Source: Negaprion brevirostris (lineage: Eukaryota). Taken from it: a DNA stretch of 64,000 bases. Shown here piece by piece: positions 40,901 to 52,900 of this stretch. The stretch covers positions 36,716,794-36,780,793 of the forward strand of contig JARDVH010000115.1 in NCBI GenBank assembly GCA_030324005.1. Reading direction: 5' to 3'. A program made the position numbers and the translations under genes. The stretch's first letter is position 1; the number at the start of each line of letters is the position of its first letter. A model generated the notes under the pieces. The model was not told the origin of the DNA. It saw only the letters and a program-made list of their open reading frames with translations, and made no database searches.

Positions 40901-43900
40901 GCTCTGGATTACTTTGCAACACGAGAAGCTTAAGCTTTTCCTGGAGAATTGGTCAAAGGTATAATGTGACCAAAGCATAGACAACTTCCTCATACCTGTA
41001 CTTTACTGCTTCGTCGACATGGTTCAGCGTTCTGCATGTTTTGTTAGCTGCGCTGATTGGACATGTTGGACACAGAATCGATTAATCTTTTAGAATTGGA
41101 TCACTCATGGAATGTGCAAAACACTTACTTTGCCTATCTGTATGCAAGACTTCCATTTAATTTCATTGGCCACTGTTCCATCCACTTATATTTTATTCAT
41201 CACTAAGTATTTGGCAGTTATCTTATACATCTTCCCATTTTTCATGTGGTGATCATGTCTTTCCTCAGACTTACCTGCTTCTCAGTGCCTGATGGTCTAC
41301 AAATGTGACCAGTTGCATTGAGTTTCTGAATCCAAGCCATTATTGTAAATAGGAAATTGTTCTATAATCTATTGGCATGAATTGTGTTTGAATAGTAAAG
41401 ACTTGTTGCCTGAATTCCCCCTGACCTCACATATCATCGAAGGATGTGAGGTGACCTGACAGAAGGGTATAAGATGTTGAGAGGTACAGACTGGGTGGAT
41501 TCTCAGAGGCTTTTTCCCAGGGCTGGAATGGTTGCTTCGAAAGGACACAGGTTTAAGGTGCCGGGGAGTAGGTACAGAGGAGATATCAGGGGTTAAGTTT
41601 TTCACTCAGAGCGTAGTGGGCGAGTGGAATCGGCTGCTGTCGGTGGCGGTGGAGGCAAATTCGATAAGGTCTTTTAAGAGATTTCTGGATGAGTACATGG
41701 GACTTACTAGAATTGAGGGTTATAGGTAAACCAAGTAGGTAGGGATATCATTGGTGCAAGTTGTGTGCCGAAGGGCCTGTTTGTGCTGTAGTTTTTCTAT
41801 GTTCTATCAATATAGGAATTAGATGTTCCTTTTCCAAATTGAAGAGATTTAACAAAATAAAATTTGTGCTTCTGGTAATCTGACCACAGCAATACAGCAG
41901 ATATAAAAGCAAAATACTGTAGATGTTGCAAATCTGAAATAAAAACAGAAAATGCCAGATAAACTCAGCAAGTCTGGCAGCATCTGTGGAGGGAGAAACA
42001 GTTAACATTTCATGTCCATGTGGTTCTTCTTCAGAGCCAAAAGTGGGAGAAATGTGATGATGGATATTATACCATAAGAGACAGGTAGTGCAAAATTGAA
42101 GGTCAGTGATATGTAAGAGCTAGAAGGGATTGCACGAAGATGTTTGGGGAGCAAGAGAAAGTAAATGTTAATTGCAGTGAGATAAAGTCGCCACAGTCCC
42201 AAATAACCATAACCCTTTTGTGGGGCACAGCTGACTGATGGTGACTTAACCCAAGGATCACCACACCTCAGGCGAGGAGCCAAATTGAGAAGATGAGGCC
42301 TTCGTGAATAACGTCAGCCAGTACAGGAATTGAACCCATGCTGTTGGCTTCACTCTGTAACACTAACCACCTGAGCTAGTGTAAAGAGAACAATAGAAAA
42401 TACTGATAGTGGTGTAAAGATAAGAGAGCAGAATTGTTAATAGGAGAACAAAGGTCTGTGCTTAGAGAAGGCAAAACTTAAGAACAGGTAACAGATGGCC
42501 CTGCAGCATTTTTTGGATTTAAAAAAAAAAGTCAAAGTGGAGCAGAAAGTCTAAATTTGTTCAACTTAACATTGAATCCATANNNNNNNNNNCTGTAACT
42601 TCCTCATCAGAGGATGAGGTGCTGTTCCTCCAATTTGCATTCCACTTCATTGAACATTGCAGCAGGCCAAGGACGGATATTGGTCAGGATAGCAAGATGG
42701 TGAATTGAAATGGCAAGCACCAGGGTCACGCTTCTGGACTGAGTAAAGGTAGTCCATAAAGGGGTCACCCGGTCTGCGTTTAGTCTCCCCAGTGCACAGG
42801 AAACGACATTGGGAGCAACGAATAGAGTAGATTGAATTGAAAGAGGTACAAATGAAGTGCTGCTTGACCTGAAAGGAATGTTTGAGATTTAGACAATGAG
42901 GAGCTAAATGGCCAGGGGATGGAGGTGACGGTGGGGTGGACCAGGGTGTCATGGAGGGAGCAGTCCCCACAGAACGCTGACAGGAGAAGTAAGTGATGAT
43001 GTATTTTGTGGTGTTGTGCTAGGGTTGGCAGAAATGGTAGAGGATAATCCTATGAACATGGAGGTTGGTGGAATGGAAAGTAAGCAGAAGGAGAGCTTAT
43101 CATGGTTCCGGAAGAAAGAGAAGGGGGAGGGACTTGTGGGAAATGGGTCAGACATGATTGAGTGCTCCGTCATGGTGGAGCGGGGGCACGGTTTTCAAAG
43201 TTGAAGGTTGCATCACTGGAAATGATGCAAAGAAGGCCAAGAAACTGGGAGAATGGGATCGAGTCCTTACAGGGACACAAAAGGAGCTGTGGAAGTCGGT
43301 GGTGAATATTGGTGGTCAGTCTATCACCAGAAATTGAGACAGAGAGGTCAAGGAAAGGAATGCACCATGTGAACATAAGAGGGAGGTGGAAGTTGGAAGC
43401 AAGGAAAAGATACATTTTTCCAGGTCCAGGCAAGAGCATGAAGTGACACTGATACACTCATTGATAAGACAGAAAAAGATTTGCAGGAGGGGGCCGGAGT
43501 TAGGACCAGAACAAGGAATGTTCCACATAATCCACAAAACAAAAAAAGCAGACATAACTGAAGCCCATATACGTATCCATACCCACACCTTTTATGTGCA
43601 GGAAACACAAGTTAAAGGATAAATGGTGGAGTTGCAGAACAAGTTCAGCTTGGTAGAGGAGAGTGGCGGCAGACAGGGGTTGTTTAGGCCTCTGTTCAAC
43701 TTCAACTTAATTATTTGTTTGAAGCAATTCAGCAGATAAATGCATAATTTAGACTCTACGGGCACAAAATTCAGACATGGTCGAGTACTTATGAGGTTGA
43801 AAACAGTATCTGGGGCATTGATATGGATGTCAACACTGCTGCAAATATGACATCAATTGGCACATTCCACTGATGTGATGCCAGCGCTACTATTTTAGAA

Positions 43901-46900
43901 CCCAACAGAAACATCTCAAACTCACACAGATGTACATGCATTCTGTAAAAGGGAGGACATCCTGCCAACACCAGCACTATTTAAAGGGATCAGCAACTAT
44001 TTGCAGATTAGTCGTCGATTGATTTCAGCAAGTTGTTGCTATGAATGTACAAGCATTTGATACTTCCTAGAGTTGGCTAAGTTGTTGAGGTCTGCAAAGA
44101 GTGGTTTGGCAGGTACTGATGTACTTTGGTCCTGGCTTCAGGGCTTCTGTACAAACCATTGCAACCCAGATGAGTGAAGCAGTAGACATTACTTTTTGGG
44201 ATACAGCAGGACTAGGAGAATGCAGAGCAGGGCAAACAGCTAGGGAAACAAGTAGGTAAAAAAGGACTACTCAGCAGGAGACTATTATCCACACAGGGTG
44301 TTCAGGGAGCAATTCTCCTACCTGAATCTAGCAAGGAACAAGGTGAGACATCTGCGCTTCAGTAAGGACATCTTCACTGTAATCTGTTACCTGCTGCAAC
44401 CGCAACTGCAGAACAGAGCAAGGACAGCACTATGAATTGCTGTGAAGGTGAACGTAGCTATGAGCTTTTATATCAGTCCCTTTCCAGGTTGAAGTTGAAG
44501 ATATTTGAAATTTCTCGCTGTTTGCCATCCACTATTGCATGGGGGAGGTTACTGACGTTCTTTTTTCAAAGAGACCTGACTACATTTCATTCTCTGTTGC
44601 CAGAGAGCAGGAGGTGGAACGAATACACAGTTTCATTACGATTGCAAGTTTCCCCATGGTGTAGAATGGCATTGACCACAATCATTTCACTTTGTAGGTA
44701 CCACATCAACTGAGATGTACATGAACAAAAGGGATTCCACTCCTCCAATGTTCAGCTGGTGTGTAAGAAAACATGGGAAATCATGCAGATTAATGTCCTG
44801 TATCCTGGCAGCAGTCATGATGCCTTTATTTTGTGGCAGTCTATCGTACCACTTGCACTTGAGCCACCAGACAAACCAAAGGATGACTAATAGGCACCAA
44901 GGGCTACTCACGGATGACAAGGTTCACGGACTCCTGTGCGCAATAAAAGCACAACTAGATAGCATGAATACAATCATTGCCATGATGCCACATGTGACAG
45001 AGCAGACCACTGGTATGCTGAAACAACTCTTTTGCTTCTTGGGCCGCTCAAGAGGAACCTTGCGGTACTCAGCTGAGTAAGCATCAAGATTCGTAGTGCT
45101 CTGTTGCTTGCTGCGTAACTTTTCTATGAAGTCCGCAGGACACCTGCCAGCAACTATATGGCAAGAAAGTGAGGGGCTAAAAAGAAGGGAGGCTTTAGCT
45201 TAAACAGTCCCTTTCTGACAGGACCATGAACAACTCATCTGACTGATACCAGTAAATGCAACCCCAAATTCTCCATTCTCTAACTGTCTTACATCCTACC
45301 TTCCCTACATCACTGATTATGACCAAATGCATGCAGTGATAATGTACAAATAAGTCAACACAAAATAAACATTCTAAATCAAATTTACTATATTGCACAT
45401 GAATGCAAGTTAATCATCTTTATGCATTCTTTTCGTATCTGATGTCTTTGTCTCAGTTTTCCTACATAGAGCTCCCTGAGTGACTGCAATATGGAGGAGG
45501 CTGCAAACAGAATTGCAGGATGTCCTCACACATCTCTGGCCTGAGAGGTCCAGCTTTGGAGAACATTATCCTGGCATGGGCACTAGCATGACTGGCTGGC
45601 TGACAGGCAACAAAAAGACCTGTAGATTGGGAGGACAGATGACAGTAGGTTTGNNNNNNNNNNNNNNNNNNNNNNNNNNNNNNNNNNNNNNNNNNNNNNN
45701 NNNNNNNNNNNNNNNNNNNNNNNNNNNNNNNNNNNNNNNNNNNNNNNNNNNNNNNNNNNNNNNNNNNNNNNNNNNNNNNNNNNNNNNNNNNNNNNNNNNN
45801 NNNNNNNNNNNNNNNNNNNNNNNNNNNNNNNNNNNNNNNTGATCGAATCAAAACCGTATGAATAAAGTTGGCCACCACTACCACACTGGAAAGCACGGGC
45901 CTTGGACCTTCAAACTCTGCACTAAGCCCTGTGCAACATTGGCACTGGACTCTATGCTCTTGCATGCAGCCTTTCTGGCTGGCCCGCCAATACACTGCGT
46001 ATTTGTGCTTACCCATCAGCCTTTTCCTTAGGTTGCCCAGTGTTCATCTGAATCGCTCCAGCAGAACCCATGCATGACCTCGCCCTCTGGCAATCTGGCA
46101 GCTATACAACCCTTGCTCTCTGCCGTGACTGCAAGTTATTCATATCCTGTGTCTCACCACTAACAGATCATGTCTCCCACCTATTTTCTTAATTATGTGC
46201 AGTGTGTATATCTGAATGGTAACTGCGAGTGTGAAATCAAGCAACAATGTTTCTCCATCAGCAATGTCTTGATGCTCTTCCACCACTACCTGGTCAGTTA
46301 GTAGTTCTTGATATCAGAAAGGAGAAAGGCACAAAGGTAAGGCTGTTGGGAGGGGAGCGGGAATGGGAAGGAGTGGGAAACTTGAGATGCAGGCTTACAT
46401 CTGCAGCTTGTAACTAAAAGGAGATTGCAGGAGGAGGAAATGAGATGAGGAGGAGGAAAATTTAGGTATGAGGATATCATCACCTTCAATGACTTCAGCC
46501 AAGTCGCTGGCCATGTCTTGAGCAACAGCTGATGAAGAAACATTGTTGCCCCAACGATCAGCAGCACCATTTTCTCCGTTGGGGTGAGGACATGCAGACG
46601 TGCCTGCCCACTGCCAGTTAGTACCAGCTACATTGGTTATGCATCATAGATTCCTACAGTGCAGAGGCCATTCGTCCCATTGAGTTTGCACTGACTCGAA
46701 CAGAGTATCTTCTCTAGGCCCTCGCTCCTACCCAATCCCTGTAACCCCACACATTTCCCATGGATAATGGGACACTGAGGGAGAATTTAGCATATGGGCT
46801 CTATTCTCTCCCTATAGATGCTGTCAGATCTGCTGACATTTTCCAGCATTTTCTGTTTTTGTTTCAGATTCCAGCATCTGCAATATTTTGTTTTTTTATA

Positions 46901-49900
46901 TGAAGGGCTGACAATATGTGCAAGCCATGAAATATGGGTGATAAGCTTGCACCATTGTTAAGTGAGTGAAGGCGAGATGCAGCACGAATGTTATCCCGAT
47001 TGATAGAGATCATTTGATTGTGAGTGATGGGGCTGTGGTGCATTGACTAATATCAGAGGCTAGTGGTGCAGCTGGTAGGATATGGCATTTGAAGAGGAAC
47101 TAAATTACCATAGCCACTTGGGTGATGTTACTGATAACTGGGTGCAAAGCTGCAAAGTATCTCTCAGCATTGACTGTCACAGCTACCTTTTCCCACTAAC
47201 TTCAACTTCTCTGAAAAGCCTTTTGTGGCTACATCCTCCTTTGCACTTTCTGCATGAAGGCATCTGTCTGAGAACCTTGCAGCATCTTCTCTCATGGCAT
47301 GCCACTATTCAGTCTTTTTCAACATCACTGACTTGTACAAGAACTTCCAACATCTACGGTAGCCATAATGTACCTCCACTTTAAGGCTAGCTTTAACTCA
47401 GTCAAATTTCTCATTATCTTGAGTCCTTCGATGAAACATGTAGCCACTCAACAATGTGGTAAGGGTGGCACTGTAGCACAGTGATTAGCACTGCTGCTTC
47501 ACAGCTCCAGGGACCTGGGTTCGATTCCCGGCTTGGGTCACTGTCTACGTAGAGTTTGCACACTCTCCTTGTGTCTGCATGGGTTTCCTCCGGGTGCTCT
47601 GGTTTCCTCCCAGTCCAAAGATGTGCGTGTTAGGTTGATTGGCCGTGCTAAAATTGCCCCTCAGTGCCCTGAGGTGCGTAGGTTAGAGGGATTAGTGGGT
47701 AAATATGTGGAGATATGGGGGTAGGGCCTGGATGGGATTGTGGTTGGTGCAGACTCGATGGGCCAAATAGCCTCTTTCTGTACTGTAGTGTTTCTATGAT
47801 GTAAAAAACAAAACTAAGATCTGTTGCACGTGAGAATCATGATAATGAGCAGGCAGCCCAAATTTGGTGTTTAATAGGCACAGGATAATCGCTCATCCTG
47901 AACCCCATTCCCGTTTTTGGGAGTGGCTAAATTAGTCCTCTATTGTACTGTACGAGCGAGGAGAGAATATTATCTCCAAAGTTTGAATGCGTATAGTTAT
48001 AGGATACTACCAAATTAAATGGATTAACTGACCAAATATTGAACCTTTTGGCCACAGATTACAGTACATTGCTGAAATGAATCAACATCTATCAGTTATG
48101 CATACTGTTCATTACTAAGCATTCCACTGAACAGTTTACTTTTGTTAACTGAGAAATGGTTGTTGCAGTAATAGAACAGATATTTTGAAATACAGTACTT
48201 ACATGCCTGTGTTTTTGATAATACGACCTTGGTCCATTTTTTGTCCTATTCCATGTACAACAAAGACAATGTGCGTAGGAAGTGGAGGTTTGTCTTCAAG
48301 TGAAGACTCTTCTACATATCCTCTGTGAAGTCTAGTTCCGCTGCTTGATGCTGCATTGACAAAAAAGTAGACAATATTTGTGCACACAAAATATAAAACA
48401 ATATATAAATCTAAGAAGCATAACACAGAAAACATCAAGCAGTCACACACTGTCACCTACAAAGCTGCACAGTAGCTGTAAGTTTTTAAACTGGTAAAGT
48501 TACTCAACAAAAAATTAAATAGAAATGTAACCAACTAAACACAAGTTTGGGTGGGATAAGAAATTGCAAAATAAAGATGTCACTAACAGGAGCAGTTTAT
48601 AGCCCCAACCCCCACCAGTAGCTACACAGTAGGAGAGAGTATACATCAAGAAATAATTAGGGTTTGCAAGAAAGGTACTGCAACAATTGTGACTTTGACC
48701 TTTACATCGATTGGGCAAGTCAATTTGGCAATGGTGGCCTGGAGTATGAGCTTTCTGGACAGTTTCTTGGAATAGTATGTTCTAGAACTGACCAGGTTAG
48801 TTTGGATCCGGTAATGTGCAATACAGCAAGATTAATTAAGGACCTCATAGTAAAGGCTCCTCTTGGCAACAATGACCATAACATGAGAAGGAGAAATGTG
48901 GATCCATAATTAGTGTCTTAAGCTTAAACAAAAGGCAATTACCGTGGCATGAAGGCAGAGTTAGCTAAAATGGATTAGGAATATAGGTTAAAGGACAAGA
49001 TCTTGGTGAAGCAGTGGCAGACATTTAAGAAAATATTGCACAACTTTCAACAATTATATCTTTCACGAAGGAAGAAAGGCTCCTCTACCATTTGTGGCTA
49101 ATCAGGAGAGGCATCAAATGCAAAGAGAAGGCATACAATGCTGCAAATAATATTGACTGGGCAGAGGATTAGGAAATGTTTAGAAACTGAAGGATATCAA
49201 AAAAAGAAAAATTAAAGTTTGAGAGAAAACTAGCAAGAAATATAAAACAGGCCATAAATGCTTCTACAAATACATGAAAAGGCAAAAGAGTAACCAAAAT
49301 GAGTATTGGTGTTTTAGCTAGTGAGACTGGGGAATAATAATGGGAAAAGAGGAAATGGCAGAGACTTTGGACAAGAATTTTGTATCTGCCTTCACAGTAG
49401 AAGACACAAAAAGCATCCCATAAATATTAGAAAATCAAGAGGAAAAAGGAAGTGAGGAACTAAGAACAATAATTATCACCAGAAAAAAGATTTACACAAA
49501 ATGAGAGTAAATGCTACAAGTCCCTGGACTGGATGGCCTGTATCCTATGTCTTAAAAGAAATGAGTGAAATGATAGATAGTGGAAGCATTGGTAGCAATC
49601 ATGGGGAGACAGTGGTACATTAGATGAGCAATCCAGAGGCCAGGGCAATATTCTGGGAACAAATCGCACCACAGCGACTGGTGGAATTTGAATTCAATTA
49701 ATAAAGCTAGTCTCAGTCACATTAACCAAGAAACTATCATCAATTGTTGTAAAATCCCATATGGATCACTACTGCCCTTTAGGGAAGGAAGTTCATACCT
49801 GGTCTAGCCTATATTTGGCTCCAGACCCACAGCAAAGCTATTGACTCTTAACTGCCCTCTGAGATGGTATGCCAAGCCACTCAGTTCAAGGGCAATTAAG

Positions 49901-52900
49901 ATAGGTAACAAATGTTGGACTTGACAGCAATGCCCACATCCCAGAAGAGAATAAAGAATAAGTAATTTTCCAAAGTTCTCTAGACGCTGGAAAACACTTC
50001 TGTTCAAAAAAATAGGAAAACAGAAAAATATAATTCAAGTTCGCCTGCTTGTTATTAATGAGATCCTAAACTATGATTAGAAAATCGTAATTAATGATTA
50101 GGAAATCTTTATACAATATGAAAGAGTAATGGTTTTATGAAAAGGAAATTGTGTTCGACAAATTTATTAAAGTTCCTTGACGATATAATATACAGGGTGG
50201 ATAAAGGGGAACCAGCGGATGCAGTACATTTGGATTTCCAAAAGGTACAAAGTGCCTTGTAAAAAGTAAGATGAGGACATAGTGTTGGGGTGACATACTA
50301 ACACGGAAAGGCAACTGGCTAATGAATAAGAAACAGAGTTGGAATAAATAGGTCATTTTCAGGATGGCAGACTGTAACTAGCACAGTGCAATAGCCTCAA
50401 ATATTTACAATCTATATTAATGATTTATATGAAGGGATTGGTTCTATTGTAGCCAAATTCTCAGAGGATATAAAGTAGTAAAGTAAGATACAAGGATGAT
50501 AAGAAGTGTCCAGAGGGATTTATAAATAGGTTAAGTGAATGGGCAAAAAATTGGCAGGTGGAGTATAATGTGGGTAATGAGTGTTTGTCCACTTAGCAAG
50601 AAGAATAGAAAAGCGGATTTTTTTAAAATGGAGAGAGACTGCAGAATGCGGCATGAGGGGGACCTAGGTGTCCTTGTACATGGATTGAAAAAAGTAAGCA
50701 CACATGTACAGCAAATAAATAAGAAAATGAATGGAATGTTGACCTTTATTGCAAGGGGGGAAAAATGGAGATCAACAGATGAGCTTCTCAAATGTCTCCA
50801 TCAGTGCCACTCTGAACTGCTACAAGGCCGTATGCAAGAACAGATTTTCAATGAATCTGGTCATAACTTTTTCTGGTTGACTAATCTGTAATCACTGATG
50901 GAGGTGCGCAGTTTGGAAGGTGTGAATTAAGGTACTGCAATCCACACCAAACTGGGCAGCTGATTCTGGCAACAACCAAGGTGACAAACTCACCCAGCAA
51001 TTAAGTTTCACAACCTACATTTGAAAAACGATGCAGCATCAGTGGAAAACCTATTTTGGAAATACTGTCTAACGTTGTGTCAATTTTACAGGTACTGTTT
51101 GACTCAGGCTCCTGCTTATAACACACTTGATGAAAACATTGACTGTGACTAGGGGTTGTGAAATAGCCACAGTCATGCAATCCCATTCCTCTATCAAAAT
51201 AAAAATCAAACTTACATTTTCCAACTCATAATCCTTTAAAAAGTATCTTTAGGAATGAAATTACCATTGTGTAGGCAAGCTTAACTTATTCAACTTGCTT
51301 TCAAAAAATTCAGGTCAACATTAACATAAAGCAATTAATAAAGCTAAATGTTTTTTGACCAAACTGTACCTTTGGAAAATCCTAATTTCTGGGTAACTGT
51401 CCTCGCAATTTTGGATGTGGTAGCATCACTGTACAGATAGACCTCATCCACGCTGTACCAGTCCACGTGGTTACGGCTGAGCTTTAAACTGTGTATAGCT
51501 GTGACCCAGAAACATATTTCAAATATTAATAAAACACAGTACACAGATTTGTCTGTTTGTAAAGACTTGTAAAACTTAACTTTGAATTGTGAAAAAGTGG
51601 TCAAAGTGCATGCAGTGATTGAGGGACAATCCAAACCTAGAGATTTATTAGTAAATACAGACAAGAGGAAACACTTCATGAACTGTTAAATGCTTCCAAG
51701 TTTCTTGCACAATAAAACTTCTTTGCCCTTCAGTGGTTTCTCTGACAGGTGGGAAGTTGAGAGATATACCGTCACAACCACGTAATCTCCCCTCTACATA
51801 GAGTTCAGATTGTCAATACACTTGGACGTGGCAAGATAGCAAACAATTTGTATCCAAGACAAACAAGTCTTTTTCAGTAATATGCAGGAGGTAATGAATA
51901 CGGTGCAAGTCTCAAGTTACTGATGATAACTCGTGCAATGGAAGTACGTTTTAGTAAACAGTGGCAGAATTGTTCAATTCTGCTAAAGTCTTCATAGCAG
52001 CATAAAATCACTCTCTGCTTATTCATTTTAAACTATAAACCAATTAAACCTCATCAGCCATAAATGATTTCTATTCTAATAGGACCAGCAATATTAAGCG
52101 ACCAATTATAAGCAGTCCTGGTTGAACAGTTCATGATGTGTAACTCTCCGTTTAAGGAATCTATCCTGCTAGTTCTGTAATACTATTTATTATTGCTACA
52201 AGATTCCTAGTGGAGCCATGCACTAAAAGCAAACAGCATGGCCTGGATTTTCTGGTCGCACCCACAGCTGGACCAGAAATTCCCACCCAAAGTCAACAGA
52301 CTTTTGGCTGGTCCGTCAAATTTTCTGTCCCACCTACGACGATTACTGCAGGTAGGAACAGAAAATCATGGTATTAACCTAGATGCCAGGCACAATTTCT
52401 TAAAGGTTGCAACTGAAGCACATAATAATGAACATAGAGAGCAGGTTTTCTATGGGCAGAGCATTGATGGGAGGGTAGGGAAATAATTTCAAATTCAAGA
52501 ACAGTCTTACTTTGGTTCAGGAGGAGAGGAGTTTAAATGCTACTTGAAAAGCTCTTCTAACCAATAGCAAAGCTATATAGAGTAATCTATACTATACCTT
52601 GGCAACGCTTTCTTTTGTTACATGCAGTGGCTGTACTTTCTTTATATCCTCTCCATTTGAACAGAAAAGGAAGGTAGAAGGGAGGGAGTTGTTGGAAAAC
52701 TAACAAAGCAAAAAAAGTGAACTTCATGGATTTTGTGATCATTCAACTGATCTTCAGAATAAGGTCTCAAAATCAAAATACATTCTAGGCTTTCCAACTA
52801 AAAGGTTCTCTGATGTTTACCCACACCAAATTGGTGCACTCATAATTCTAAATTATTTCTAACAAAAAGTGAGTGGAAAGTACAAATTACATCTTACCTA

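Noticed and set aside
44170-45250. Possible domesticated HARBI1-like gene
   Set aside because: Multiple stops and frameshifts, with a decayed partner ORF: a transposon fossil.
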